Assembly (NCBI GenBank): GCA_963783305.1
Contig: CAWAMW010000013.1
Span: 32,001-96,000, forward strand
Origin: an uncultured Gemmatimonadales bacterium
Lineage (GTDB): Bacteria; Gemmatimonadota; Gemmatimonadetes; Longimicrobiales; RSA9
Length of the DNA: 64,000 nucleotides
Direction of reading: 5' to 3'
The notes beneath the pieces are model-generated. The model did no database searches. It saw only the letters and a list, made by a program, of their open reading frames with translations, and was not told where the DNA came from. The translations under genes were made by a program, and so were the position numbers. Every line of letters starts with the position of its first letter. Position 1 is the first letter of the stretch. Below are positions 1-10,207 of this stretch, piece after piece.

Positions 1-1
1 G

Positions 2-769
2 GGCGCGGAGGAGCCCGCGCTCCTGCTCGACACCGCGCCCGACGCGCTGCCGGGGCTCATGGCGCACCTGAAGAAGTTCGTCCCGCCGCTCTTTGCGCGG
101 GCCGAAGACGTCTCGGCGGAGTGGGCGGTGGTGGGGGTGTACGGCGGGGCCGCGGACACGGTGGTGGCGGCCGCGGCGCCGGCTACTGGCGTGGTGGGCG
201 CGGCTGATGCGAATGCGGAGCCGCCTGAGGACGCCGCGGCGGCCATCGAGGGCGGGTTCAGGCTGCGGACGCTGCTGACCGGTGAGCCGGGATGGGATAT
301 CTTCGTCGGGGCGGGGCAGCGGGACGCTCTGGTGGCCGCGCTGCTGGAGGCGGGCGGCCGGCCGGGTGATCCGGAGGCGCTGGAGGCGCTGCGGGTGGCG
401 GCGGGTCGGCCTCGATGGGGCCGGGAGCTGACCGAAGAGGTGATCCCGCTGGAGGCCGACCTGCTGGACCGGGCGATCAGCCAGTCGAAAGGGTGCTACA
501 CCGGGCAGGAAGTGATCGTCCGGATCCTGCACCGGGGCCACGTCAACCGACAGCTGCGCCGGCTGGAGTTCGCCGGCCCGCTCCCGGAGCCCGGCACGCC
601 GCTCTTCGAGGAGGGGAACGACAAGCCCCGGGGAACGGTGACCAGTGCGGTGGAGAACGATGTAGGGGCGCTCGGGCTCGGGTTCGTCCGGCATGAGATC
701 GACCCGCCGATGGAGCTCCGGGTGGGATCGCCGGAGGGCGACCCCGTACAGGTGACGGCGCTGCACTGA
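2..769 (+). CDS. ygfZ: YgfZ/GcvT-family folate-binding Fe-S repair protein (5' end outside window)
   Basis: KGCYTGQE signature; frame open to window start. Confidence 0.85.
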   Translation, partial: GAEEPALLLDTAPDALPGLMAHLKKFVPPLFARAEDVSAEWAVVGVYGGAADTVVAAAAPATGVVGAADANAEPPEDAAAAIEGGFRLRTLLTGEPGWDIFVGAGQRDALVAALLEAGGRPGDPEALEALRVAAGRPRWGRELTEEVIPLEADLLDRAISQSKGCYTGQEVIVRILHRGHVNRQLRRLEFAGPLPEPGTPLFEEGNDKPRGTVTSAVENDVGALGLGFVRHEIDPPMELRVGSPEGDPVQVTALH

Positions 770-805
770 GCCACTTCCACGACCCCACAAACCCGGGAGG
801 CGACG

Positions 806-2041
806 ATGCCGGACGCTGATTCCCACCCGGCCTCCCGCCGCGGCGCCCGGTTCCGTATCGGCCCGGGCGCGGTGGTGGCCGCGGCGTTCATCGGGCCGGG
901 TACCGTGACCACCGCTACGTTGGCCGGTGCCGGCTACGGCTACACCCTGCTCTGGGCTCTCACGTTCTCGCTCCTGGCTACACTGGTGCTCCAGGAGATG
1001 GCCGCGCGGCTCGGACTCGTCACCGGGGCGGGGCTCGGGGAGGCGGTCCGGCGCAGGTTCACCCGCCCCACCGCACGACTCCTGGCCGTATCCCTCGTCA
1101 TTGCGGCCATCGGCTTCGGCAACGCCGCGTACGAGACGGGGAACCTGCTCGGGGCGGCGCTCGGCGCCGAAGCGGTGTGGGGCGGAACCCCGCGGCTGTG
1201 GGCGATCGCCGCCGGGTCAGTGGCGGCGCTGCTCCTGTGGTCGGGGAGCTATCCGGTGGTCGAGCGGGTGCTGATCGCGCTCGTCGCTCTCATGTCCGCC
1301 GCGTTCCTGGCCACCGCGGTCTTCGTTCGGCCACCCCTCGCCCCGCTGCTCCGTGGACTCCTCGTGCCCACCGTGCCCGGCGGCGCGGGCATGCTCTACA
1401 TCGCCGGGCTCGTGGGCACCACCGTCGTTCCCTACAACCTCTTCCTGCACGCCGCCGCCGTGCGGGAGAGGTGGGACGGTCCCGGGGATCTGACGGCGGC
1501 CCGGCTCGACCTCGGCATCAGCATCCTCGTGGGCGCGCTGGTGAGCATGGCGATCGTGGCCACGTCCGCCGCCATGGCCGCCAGCGGGGGCGGGAACATC
1601 GCCAATGCCGCCGACATGGCCGTCCAGCTCGAGCCGCTGCTCGGGCCCTGGGCCCGCTACTTCTTCGCCGGCGGGCTCCTGGCGGCCGGCCTCACCTCCG
1701 CCATCACCGCGCCGCTCGCCGCCGCCTACGCCACCGCCGGGGCGCTCGGCTGGCCGCGCGACCTGAAGGATCGCCGCCTCAGGGCCGTCTGGATGGTCGT
1801 GCTGGGGGCCGGGATCCTCTTTGCCGGCCTCGGCGTCCGCCCGGTGCCGGCAATTCTGTTCGCGCAGGTCGCCAACGGAGTGCTGCTGCCGGCCATCGCC
1901 GTGTTCCTCCTCCTGGCGGTGAACGATCGCCGCTGGATGGGCGAGCGGACGAACGGACGCGTCATGAACGCGGCCGCCGTCCTCGTGGTGCTGGTGGCGC
2001 TGGTCCTGGGGCTGCGGGCGCTCTGGAGCGCCATGAGCTGA
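806..2041 (+). CDS. NRAMP-family divalent metal transporter
   Basis: AAFIGPGTVTT and GTTVVPYNLFLH motifs; about 11 hydrophobic helices. Confidence 0.85.
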   Translation: MPDADSHPASRRGARFRIGPGAVVAAAFIGPGTVTTATLAGAGYGYTLLWALTFSLLATLVLQEMAARLGLVTGAGLGEAVRRRFTRPTARLLAVSLVIAAIGFGNAAYETGNLLGAALGAEAVWGGTPRLWAIAAGSVAALLLWSGSYPVVERVLIALVALMSAAFLATAVFVRPPLAPLLRGLLVPTVPGGAGMLYIAGLVGTTVVPYNLFLHAAAVRERWDGPGDLTAARLDLGISILVGALVSMAIVATSAAMAASGGGNIANAADMAVQLEPLLGPWARYFFAGGLLAAGLTSAITAPLAAAYATAGALGWPRDLKDRRLRAVWMVVLGAGILFAGLGVRPVPAILFAQVANGVLLPAIAVFLLLAVNDRRWMGERTNGRVMNAAAVLVVLVALVLGLRALWSAMS

Positions 2042-2092
2042 GCGCGGTGGCCTCCGTCCTGCACGGCGATGGCCGCTGTCCACACGTAACGA

Positions 2093-2563
2093 ATGGGAGA
2101 TGACATGCTGCTCTATCTGGTCCAGCACGGGCAGGCGAAATCGAAGGATGAGAACCCGGAGCGGCCGCTCACGGATTCCGGCCGAAAGGACGTCGAGGCG
2201 GTCATGCTGCTCATGATGCGGTTCGGCGCCATCAGCGCGACCCGCGTACTCCACAGTGGAAAGCTGCGTGCGGCGGAGACCGCGGAGATCATTGCCACGA
2301 AGATCGACGCGGAGTCGGAAGAGGTGGATGGCATCGATCCCAACGACGACCCGGGGATCTGGCAGGCGCGCCTGGCCGAGAGCGATCGGGATTTGCTGAT
2401 CGTGGGACACCTGCCGCACCTGTCGCGCCTTGCGTCGCTCCTCCTCAGCGGCGACGCCGAGGCGGGACTGGTGGAGTTCGCCCACGGTGGCGTCACCTGC
2501 CTCCACGGAGAGGGGGGGCACTGGACGCTCCGCTGGTCGATCCCCCCCTCGCTGGTCCTCTAG
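2093..2563 (+). CDS. sixA: phosphohistidine phosphatase SixA
   Basis: LYLVQHG..RPL, HSGKLRA, VGHLPHL motifs; start may be ATG 2105. Confidence 0.8.
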   Translation: MGDDMLLYLVQHGQAKSKDENPERPLTDSGRKDVEAVMLLMMRFGAISATRVLHSGKLRAAETAEIIATKIDAESEEVDGIDPNDDPGIWQARLAESDRDLLIVGHLPHLSRLASLLLSGDAEAGLVEFAHGGVTCLHGEGGHWTLRWSIPPSLVL

Positions 2564-2610
2564 GGGTGGGAGTGCGCGCCAGGTGGGGTCCGGGCGGGCT
2601 GCGGCTCACC

Positions 2611-3036
2611 ATGATGCTCTCCGCCGCGCTGGTGGCCGGCTGCGGGGAAGCGCCGAGCGGGGACGATCTGCCCCCCGCCCGAACGGCTCCGGCGGCGGCG
2701 CGCGATTCCCTGAGCTCCGCCCTCCACTCGCTGGTGGCGGGTCCGTCGGCCCAGGCGCGAGGGGATGGTGCCGAATCCTGGTTCTCGCGCGACACCCGGG
2801 GAGTGCTGCGGTCGGTGGACGTGGACTCGGGCCGGGTCATCATCGACTTCAGCGACTCGCTGCCGAGGCTGATCCCCGGCGCCGGCAGCAGCGCGGGGAG
2901 CGAGGCGCTGCTGGGGGCGCTCGATTCCACCGTCTTCCAGTTCCCCTGGGCCGTGTCCGCGGAGTACCGGCTCGGTGGCAGCTGTGCGGCGTTCTGGGAG
3001 TGGCTCCAGCGGGAGTGCACGGTGGTGGAGCGGTGA
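2611..3036 (+). CDS. GerMN-domain lipoprotein
   Basis: lipobox LVAGC; LVAGPS...IIDFS...GSSAG..LLGALDSTVFQFP pattern; start uncertain (2566-2614). Confidence 0.65.
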   Translation: MMLSAALVAGCGEAPSGDDLPPARTAPAAARDSLSSALHSLVAGPSAQARGDGAESWFSRDTRGVLRSVDVDSGRVIIDFSDSLPRLIPGAGSSAGSEALLGALDSTVFQFPWAVSAEYRLGGSCAAFWEWLQRECTVVER

Positions 3037-3611
3037 GCCGAGGGGTCGGCGCGTTCCGCCAGCCGTGGCTGGAGACGGAGCGCCTCGTCCTCCGGGAGTT
3101 CCGGGCGACGGATGTCGACGCGACGATCGCGCTGGCGAACGACCCCGACATCGCGCACAACACGATCAACATCCCGCACCCCTACGAGAGGGAGGCCGCG
3201 GAGGCGTGGATCGCGTCCCATCCGGGTCAATGGGATCGGCGGACGGCCGTGACCTACGCCGTCACGGACCGCGGGAGCGGTCAGCTCATGGGGGCGGTGG
3301 GACTCACGATCGAGGACGCGGACCAACGGGCCGAGCTCGGCTACTGGATCGGGCGGGAGTACTGGGGCCGGGGGTTCGCCACGGAAGCCGCCTCGGCGGT
3401 GATCGCCTGGGCGTTCCCGGCGCTCGACCTGCACCGCATCCATGCGACCCACTTCCCGCGGAACCCCGCCTCCGGGAGCGTGCTCCGGAAGCTCGGCATG
3501 CGGTACGAGGGACTCCTGCGCGAGCACGTTCGCAAGGGCGATGACTATCTCGACCTGGAGTGTTACGCCCTGCTTCGATCGGAGCTCGGAAAGGCACCGC
3601 ATGGCGGCTGA
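3033..3611 (+). CDS. GNAT N-acetyltransferase, RimJ/RimL type
   Basis: LETERLVLR, ELGYWIGREYWGRGFATEA, NPASGSVLRKLGM; GTG start overlaps upstream TGA. Confidence 0.85.
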   Translation: MSRGVGAFRQPWLETERLVLREFRATDVDATIALANDPDIAHNTINIPHPYEREAAEAWIASHPGQWDRRTAVTYAVTDRGSGQLMGAVGLTIEDADQRAELGYWIGREYWGRGFATEAASAVIAWAFPALDLHRIHATHFPRNPASGSVLRKLGMRYEGLLREHVRKGDDYLDLECYALLRSELGKAPHGG

Positions 3612-3749
3612 GGGCAGCGGCGTGGGCTGCGCACGCCGGCGCGGCCTTGGTGCGGCGCGGCCGCACCCTTACCTTGGTGCGTTCCTCGACAGCAGCGCAT
3701 CGATGGATCGCGGGCGTCACGAGAGTGGCTCCGCCACAAGGAGTATCGG

Positions 3750-4130
3750 GTGACCGAAGCAACGTTCCACCTCTTCACGTACGGCACACTCGGCGCGGGT
3801 GGCGCGGCCTCCCAGCTCATGGAGGGCTGCGAGCGGGTCGCGTCCGCTTCGGTGCGAGGCACGCTCTACGACATGGGCGAGTTCCCGGCGCTCCTCCTGA
3901 GCGGCAGCGACCCGGTGCCGGGTGAGATCTGGCGCTGTCCGGCGGACCTTCTGCCGCGCCTCGACCGGTACGAGGCGGTGAGGGCCGGTCTGTTCCGTCG
4001 GGTGGGAGCGCGGGTCGATGGCATGGCCTGCTGGGTCTACGTCGCTGGACCGGCGCTCGGCGCGCGGCTGGAGCCGTCGGCCAGGGTTCGAGGCGAAGGC
4101 ACACCGCCGGCCGACAGGTCGAGCGACTGA
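3750..4130 (+). CDS. gamma-glutamylcyclotransferase (AIG2-like)
   Basis: LFTYGTL, LDRYE, WVY motifs. Confidence 0.8.
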   Translation: MTEATFHLFTYGTLGAGGAASQLMEGCERVASASVRGTLYDMGEFPALLLSGSDPVPGEIWRCPADLLPRLDRYEAVRAGLFRRVGARVDGMACWVYVAGPALGARLEPSARVRGEGTPPADRSSD

Positions 4131-4199
4131 CGAAGTGGCCGCCCCAACTGTATCTTCGGACGCCGATACACGGCGAGCACCGCAAACTACGGAGTCGAG

Positions 4200-4721
4200 A
4201 TGGCGCTGAGTGCCACGGACCTCTCCATGGTCTTCCTGGGGATCCTGATCATCATGGTCCTCCTGGAGGTCAGGAAGCTGACCCGGAAGCCGGAGCCGGT
4301 GAGCCGACTCGAGGAGCAGTTCGAGAGGCTCTCCCAGCAGATGGAGCGAATTCGGCCGGGTGACCTGGAGCTCCCGGGGGGCGCGCAGCTGGTCGAGGCT
4401 GGACGGACCTTCGAGACCATATCCGAGCAGCTGGAGCGGCTGGGCGAGTCGGCCGAAGAGCTGGATGCGGCGCTCCTCACCGAGGACGGGGTGCGCCGCT
4501 TCACTCAGGGTCTCAAGCACCTGCGGGAAGAGCTGGCCACGGCCCAGAGCCTGTTCGAGACGGCCGCGCGCGGCCTCGGCAGCGCGTCGGAGTCGATGCT
4601 CGCAGCGGGTTCCGCCCTCGAGCGCGTGGACTCGCACCTGGAGACCGTCATGGTCCCCGCCGCCCAGCAGGGTCGCGGGGGAGACACCGGCTCACGGAAC
4701 GGGGACCCGGCCGGGTCCTAG
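4200..4721 (+). CDS. hypothetical membrane-anchored coiled-coil protein
   Basis: N-terminal TM helix followed by E/L-rich helical region; RBS GGAG upstream. Confidence 0.6.
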   Translation: MALSATDLSMVFLGILIIMVLLEVRKLTRKPEPVSRLEEQFERLSQQMERIRPGDLELPGGAQLVEAGRTFETISEQLERLGESAEELDAALLTEDGVRRFTQGLKHLREELATAQSLFETAARGLGSASESMLAAGSALERVDSHLETVMVPAAQQGRGGDTGSRNGDPAGS

Positions 4722-4817
4722 CCGGGAAAGCGCCGGTGGGCCGACGCCGCGCGCAAAGCGGTCGCCTCGCATCCGGAATGCTTTCGCTGCCGCCCCACCC
4801 GGCCGCTTCCGACCGAC

Positions 4818-5297
4818 TCAGAACACCCACGTCGCGAGCCACCAGAACAGGGCGACAACGCCCCCCACGAGCAGCGCCAGCACCGCGACGATCGCCACCA
4901 GCACCGCCGGGGAAGGCGTCGACCGCGTGCGCGTCTCCCCCAGCCACTCCTCCAGCATCCCCACGTTGCGGGAGTTCGCCTTCCAGCCGGCGTCGAACAG
5001 GTCACCCACGACCGGGACGCTCCCCACGACCGTGTCCACGGCCACGTTGACCAGCATCCGCCGCAACATCGAAGCGGGCGCGCCGGTGCGCCACGCCACG
5101 TACAGGATGTACCCGGAGCCGAGCGCGGCGGCCACATCGCCCCCGACGGGCAGCAGCCCCAGGATCGGGTCGAGGCCGAACCGGATGGTGGTGCCGGGTA
5201 CCCGGAAGCTGCGGTCCAGGAGGCGCGCCAGCGCGCGGGCGCGGCCGAGCTGGGGCGCCCGGCTGTGAGTCGGTGGGGTGGGGTCAGGGGCGGTCAT
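4818..5297 (-). CDS. DUF4112 membrane protein
   Basis: LLDRSFRVPGTTIRFGLDPILGLLPVGGD and GDLFDAGWKAN. Confidence 0.85.
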   Translation of the reverse strand: MTAPDPTPPTHSRAPQLGRARALARLLDRSFRVPGTTIRFGLDPILGLLPVGGDVAAALGSGYILYVAWRTGAPASMLRRMLVNVAVDTVVGSVPVVGDLFDAGWKANSRNVGMLEEWLGETRTRSTPSPAVLVAIVAVLALLVGGVVALFWWLATWVF

Positions 5298-5364
5298 GGC
5301 ACGGACTGGATCGTGCAAGAACGCGACCGGTGGACCGGGCGGACCCGTGAACCCTGGAGTGAGC

Positions 5365-6045
5365 ATGGCACATGACCGCGGCGTGATCCTCGACGTGGAT
5401 GGCACCCTCATCGACAGCAACGACGCTCACGCGCGCGCGTGGGCGGAGGCGGGAGAGCGTCTGGGCTACGAGATCACGTTCGAACAGGTCCGGCCCCTCA
5501 TCGGGATGGGTGGCGATCGCGTCCTGCCGATCGTGGCCGGGGTGGAAAAGGAGAGCGAGGCGGGGAAGGAGCTCACGGCCGTCCGAGGTGACCTCTTCAG
5601 GCGCCGCTATCTCCCCGAGCTGAAGGCGTTTCCCGGCGTGCGGCGCCTGGTGGAGCGGCTGCGCGATGACGGATTCGACATCGTGGTCGCGTCGTCCGCG
5701 TCGTCCGACGATCTGGAGAGCCTCCTCGAGGTGGCGGGCGTGCTGGACCTCGTCCGCTCCGCCACGTCCGCCGATGATGCCGACGAGTCCAAGCCCTCTC
5801 CCGACATTGTCGAAGAGGCCATCGGCAAGGCCAATGTGGCCCGGGGGTCCCTGATCATGCTCGGCGATACGCCCTACGATGTGGAGGCCGCGCGGCGGGC
5901 CCGCGTACCGCTCGTCGCCGTGCGCTGTGGCGGCTGGGACACCGGCGATCTCGAGGGGGCCGCCGCGGTGTTCGACGACCCCGCCGACCTGCTGGACCAC
6001 TACGAGAGCGTGTTCCTGGACGATACCCTGTTCGACCGGAGCTAG
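5365..6045 (+). CDS. HAD-family hydrolase
   Basis: DVDGT, KPSPD, GDTPYD motifs. Confidence 0.9.
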   Translation: MAHDRGVILDVDGTLIDSNDAHARAWAEAGERLGYEITFEQVRPLIGMGGDRVLPIVAGVEKESEAGKELTAVRGDLFRRRYLPELKAFPGVRRLVERLRDDGFDIVVASSASSDDLESLLEVAGVLDLVRSATSADDADESKPSPDIVEEAIGKANVARGSLIMLGDTPYDVEAARRARVPLVAVRCGGWDTGDLEGAAAVFDDPADLLDHYESVFLDDTLFDRS

Positions 6046-7238
6046 ATCAGGGAGTGGAGGGCCGCCACCGTCGACCGCACTTCTTCGTGGGTATTGTAAT
6101 AGTGCGGGGACAACCTGAGCGCCGACGTGACACCCTTCTGGTCCAGGTCGAGCACCGCCGACGGCCGATGGATCGCGCTGGTGTTGATCCCCTCTTCGCG
6201 GAGCACGGCCACGAGCTCGTCGACGTCGCGCCCCGCCACGGCCACCGTCACGATGGCGCACAGTTCCCGACCCCGGTCCAGTACACGGATGCCATCGAGA
6301 GAGGAGAGCGACTCCCGCAGCGCCGCGGCGAGCCCCCATGCACGGTCCCGGGCTCGTTCCAGCCCCACCTCCTTCGCGTACCACACCGCCTCCCCCAGCC
6401 CCAGCACCAGCGCGTACGGGAACTCCCAGTTCTCGAACCGACGCGCGTCGTCGCGGAGCTGGTATCGGTCCGCGTCCACCCAGTCGGCGCCGCGCATGTC
6501 GATGTAGAGCGGCCGCAGCCCCGCCTCCAGGGCCCTGTCCGAGACGTACAGGAACCCGAGGCCCCGCGGGCCCCGCAGGAACTTCCGTGAGGTCGCCGCG
6601 AGGAAGTCGCAGTGGAGCGCAGTCACGTCCACCGGCATCTGGCCCACGGCCTGACAGGCGTCCACCAGGTACGGAACGCCCGCCTCGCGACACACGGCGC
6701 CCACCTCGACCGCCGGCTGCACCAGCCCCGAGCTGGTCGGGATCCAGGTGAGCGCCACCAGCTTCGGACGCCGCTTCCGGATCAGGGAGCGGACGCTCTC
6801 CGGGTCGACGCCCCCCTCCGGCAGATCCTCCGCCCGTATCACCTCCACTCCCCTCCGCTCCGCCAGCGACAGGTACATGAGCTGGTTCGAGGCGTAGTCG
6901 TTCCGGGTGGTCAGCACCACATCGCCGGACTCGAAGTCGAAGGCCGAGAGCGCCTGACTGAACGCGACGGTGGCGTTCTCCACTACCGCGATGTTCCGAC
7001 CCGAGGTCCCCACGAACTCGCCCAGGGCCCTGTAGCTCTCGTGGATCCGCACCTGCGCGTCATCGGCCGCCTCGTAGCCGCCCCGTCTCATCTCGCGGTC
7101 CAGGTGGTCGCGGATCATCGTGAAAACCGGCTCCGGCATCAGGGCCGCCCCCGCGTTGTTCATATGGATCCGCCCGGCCATGGCGGCCGGCGTATCCTGC
7201 CGCCACCGCGCCAGCGCGAATCGCTCGATCTCGTCCAT
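6042..7238 (-). CDS. class V PLP-dependent enzyme (cysteine desulfurase/C-S lyase-like)
   Basis: HMNNAGAA, LVDACQAVG, TSRKFLRGPRG, LRLSPHYYN. Confidence 0.85.
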   Translation of the reverse strand: MDEIERFALARWRQDTPAAMAGRIHMNNAGAALMPEPVFTMIRDHLDREMRRGGYEAADDAQVRIHESYRALGEFVGTSGRNIAVVENATVAFSQALSAFDFESGDVVLTTRNDYASNQLMYLSLAERRGVEVIRAEDLPEGGVDPESVRSLIRKRRPKLVALTWIPTSSGLVQPAVEVGAVCREAGVPYLVDACQAVGQMPVDVTALHCDFLAATSRKFLRGPRGLGFLYVSDRALEAGLRPLYIDMRGADWVDADRYQLRDDARRFENWEFPYALVLGLGEAVWYAKEVGLERARDRAWGLAAALRESLSSLDGIRVLDRGRELCAIVTVAVAGRDVDELVAVLREEGINTSAIHRPSAVLDLDQKGVTSALRLSPHYYNTHEEVRSTVAALHSLI

Positions 7239-7250
7239 GGTCTCCCTGCC

Positions 7251-9563
7251 CTAGAGTCGGAAGAGATAGCTGACCTTGAGGAACAGGCCCTCGGCGGTCG
7301 GCGTGAGATCACCGAACCGATAGGTCCGCGGCCCCTCCCGGATCCGGCTCCAGCCCGCGTAGAGGATGGTGCCGGGCGAGGGTTCGTAGGAAGCCAGCAG
7401 GTCGTACTGGAGCTCCCCCGATTCCAGCGCCTCGCTCGGGCCTCCGGGCAGCACCAGCGGCGCTCCCGCAGCCGTCCGCAGCGCGTCCCGTTCCTGCAGG
7501 TTGTACTGCACGATCCCGCGCACGAACAGCGCCCGCGTCAGCTGGTACTGGAGCCGGGCTCGCGGGATCTGCGCTACGCTGAACCGCCCGCCTGTCGAGC
7601 GGTGGATCGACGAGTAGGTGAACGAGAGGTCCGCGAAGAACCCGGCCGGCACCCGCACACTGACCGTGGGGGACAGGACGAGCTCCCGACCCCTCGACGC
7701 CTCCGCGTAAATGGGCACCTCGCCGTACGAGCTGCGGCCGTTGATGGAGAGCCAGGGGAGCGGACGGGCCCTGCCGAACAGCTGGACCCCTTTCAGCCCC
7801 TCCAGCGGGGGCGGCAGCTGGAACCCGCCGCGGAAGTTGCCGATGGCGTACCCGTCATAGTCCGCCGGATCGAAGGCGAAATACCCGTTGCTGACCGACA
7901 GCACGAAGCCGTTCGGTCCGCGCAGGCTGACATCGAGGCCGAGCTCGATCTCGGCTTCCTCATAGCCGCGGCCGGCCCAGAAGCTCTCGTGGTCGAACAC
8001 CGCCCCCACCTCCAGCTGCGGGGTCCAGTCCTCCAGCCACGCTCCGGGCTCCCGCCGGTACGTGTGCCCCACACGCGCCCCCAGCTGCGTATCGCCGATC
8101 CGCCGGATCAACCCACTGCGCGCCCGGAAGTCCGGGTGCACGTCCTCCACGCTCGCGCTCCACGAGAGCACGCGGCCGCTGCGCGCGACCTGCGCGGCGA
8201 AGAGCGGCCCGAACAGCGACTCCGTCCCGGCACCGGCGCCTTCCACTCCGGCCTCCCGCGACCACGCGCCCGCGAGCTGCGCGGTCAGCGTGTAGCGGCC
8301 GGCGACGATCACTCGCGTGTCCACTGATCCCACGCGGTTGTACGTGGCGCCGTCCAGCAGCGTGCGGTCCGTGTAGAGGAGCCCCAACGTCGAGGCGCTG
8401 CCCAGGTCCCGCCGCAGACGGAGCAGGTTGAACGCCGCGGATCGGTCTTCGTTCCCGAACGTCCGCGGACTCTCGTCCACCGCTCCCAGGTAGCCCAGCT
8501 TCAGCCGCCCCACCTTGCCCGTCAGCTTGGCGCCCCCGATCGGGTCCGCGATGGCCCGCGTGTACACCAGCCGCTGCGGTGTGTTGAAGACCTCCGTGCC
8601 CTCCAGGAAGAACGGCCGCTTCTCCGGGAAGAAGAGCGCGAACCTCTCGTTCACCACGACCTGGTCCGCGTCCGCCTCCACCTGCGAGAAGTCCGGGTTC
8701 ACCGTTGCATCCAGCACCAGGTTCCGCGTGATCCCGTACCGCGCGTTCAGACCCAGCGCCGGCTCCAGATCGCTCCGGACCAGCTCTCCCCCCTCCTCCG
8801 CCTCCCCCGTCCGCTTCCCCGTGGCCACCGGATTCAGCGTAAGGAGTCGACCCGAGCGCAGCCCCTCCAGCCCGACCAGACGGCCGCTCAGCTCCAGCTG
8901 GTTCGCCGCGTTGGCCGTGATCGGCGCCCACGACAATGCGTACTCCACCCGCCGCACCTCCCGTGCTACGTTCAGCCCCCACTCCTGCTCCGGTGCCGTG
9001 CGGAACCTCAGACTGCTGAACGGGACCCGGATCTCCGCCACCCACCCCGCCTCCGTCACCCGCGCGGCCGACTCCCACAGGAAGTCCGGATTGAAATCAA
9101 TGGGTGGCCCGTGCTCCGCCGCCGCGCCCTCCACCCACAGCCCGTCCGCCTGCACACCCCGGGGGTTCACATAGAACACGTACCCCTGGCTGTTGTCGTT
9201 GAACGTGTCCAGCGTCACGCGCACCCAGTCGTCATCCGTGACGTTGCGATCCCGCTCCGTCAGCGTCGCACGTATCCCGCCCGGCTCCCGGTCGAACGCC
9301 TCCACCCCGAAATACAGCGCGTCCGGTCCGTACCACACCCGCACGTCCGTACGCTGGCTCGCCGCGATCCCCTCCGCCGGGGCAAACTGCGTGAAGCCGC
9401 TCAACACCGCCGCCTCCGCCCACGCCTCCTCATCCAGGTGCCCGTCCACTCGCACCTCCGCCGACTCCAGCCGCGGGGGAGCCACACGCAGGTCACCCCG
9501 ACCCCCGTCATACACCGTGTCCGCCGCCAGACCCAGCGCCATCACCACCACGATTCCCAGCAT
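7251..9563 (-). CDS. CBM9 plus DUF5916 outer-membrane protein
   Basis: VDGHLDEEAW; ATVNPDFSQVEAD; FFPEKRPFFLEG; C-terminal LKVSYLFRL. Confidence 0.85.
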   Translation of the reverse strand: MLGIVVVMALGLAADTVYDGGRGDLRVAPPRLESAEVRVDGHLDEEAWAEAAVLSGFTQFAPAEGIAASQRTDVRVWYGPDALYFGVEAFDREPGGIRATLTERDRNVTDDDWVRVTLDTFNDNSQGYVFYVNPRGVQADGLWVEGAAAEHGPPIDFNPDFLWESAARVTEAGWVAEIRVPFSSLRFRTAPEQEWGLNVAREVRRVEYALSWAPITANAANQLELSGRLVGLEGLRSGRLLTLNPVATGKRTGEAEEGGELVRSDLEPALGLNARYGITRNLVLDATVNPDFSQVEADADQVVVNERFALFFPEKRPFFLEGTEVFNTPQRLVYTRAIADPIGGAKLTGKVGRLKLGYLGAVDESPRTFGNEDRSAAFNLLRLRRDLGSASTLGLLYTDRTLLDGATYNRVGSVDTRVIVAGRYTLTAQLAGAWSREAGVEGAGAGTESLFGPLFAAQVARSGRVLSWSASVEDVHPDFRARSGLIRRIGDTQLGARVGHTYRREPGAWLEDWTPQLEVGAVFDHESFWAGRGYEEAEIELGLDVSLRGPNGFVLSVSNGYFAFDPADYDGYAIGNFRGGFQLPPPLEGLKGVQLFGRARPLPWLSINGRSSYGEVPIYAEASRGRELVLSPTVSVRVPAGFFADLSFTYSSIHRSTGGRFSVAQIPRARLQYQLTRALFVRGIVQYNLQERDALRTAAGAPLVLPGGPSEALESGELQYDLLASYEPSPGTILYAGWSRIREGPRTYRFGDLTPTAEGLFLKVSYLFRL

Positions 9564-9634
9564 CCGCCTCCGCTCCGCTCGCGTCCGCCCGTGAGCGCTG
9601 TATCTTACCCCCACACCTACCGCCGTGAAACCGG

Positions 9635-9663
9635 TTGACGACGGTAGGGCGACGCGGTAGCTT
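9635..9663 (+). promoter_or_regulatory. sigma70-type promoter of ferritin gene
   Basis: TTGACG-N17-TAGCTT. Confidence 0.6.
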
Positions 9664-9664
9664 G

Positions 9665-9681
9665 TCAATAACAATTATTGA
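9665..9681. promoter_or_regulatory. AT-rich palindromic operator (Fur/PerR/Irr-like)
   Basis: TCAATAA-CAA-TTATTGA perfect 7-3-7 inverted repeat over the predicted +1. Confidence 0.6.
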
Positions 9682-9703
9682 TAGCAACGAAAGGAACCAC
9701 GAC

Positions 9704-10207
9704 ATGGACCCGAAGGTTCGCGACCTCATCAATGAGCAGATCGCACACGAGTTCTTCGCTTCCCACCTCTACCTGGCCATGGCGGCGCAGTTCGAGTCGC
9801 AGAATTACGATGGCTTCGCGCAGTGGATGCGGATGCAGTCGAAGGAAGAGCACGGTCACGCCATGAAGCTGTTCGACTTCCTGGTGGAGCGGGGTGCGCA
9901 GATCGAGCTGAACCAGATCGACAAGCCGCCGGTGGAGTTCGGCTCGCCCGCGGAGAGCTTCCGAAAGGCGCTGGAGCACGAGCGGAAGGTGACGGGGCTG
10001 ATCAACCGGATCTACGAGGCGGCGGTGGACGGGAAGGACTACCCGACGCAGATCATGCTGCAGTGGTTCATCACGGAGCAGGTGGAGGAAGAGGACAGCA
10101 CGGGCACGGCGGTGGAGCGGCTGGAGATGGCGGGTGACAACCGGGCGGCCCTCATGTTCCTGGACGCGGAGTTTGGCAGGCGGTCGGCGGCGGGACACGA
10201 CCATTAG
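9704..10207 (+). CDS. ftnA: non-heme ferritin
   Basis: INEQIAHEFFASHLYLAM, EEHGHAMK, LQWFITEQVEEE ferroxidase residues; RBS AAGGA. Confidence 0.92.
   Translation: MDPKVRDLINEQIAHEFFASHLYLAMAAQFESQNYDGFAQWMRMQSKEEHGHAMKLFDFLVERGAQIELNQIDKPPVEFGSPAESFRKALEHERKVTGLINRIYEAAVDGKDYPTQIMLQWFITEQVEEEDSTGTAVERLEMAGDNRAALMFLDAEFGRRSAAGHDH

Noticed and set aside
6612..8327. 571-aa plus-strand ORF (and similar ones such as 42161-43615, 13284-14540, 5284-6693)
   Set aside because: Shadow ORFs opposite well-supported genes, with Arg/Pro/Ala-rich non-globular composition.
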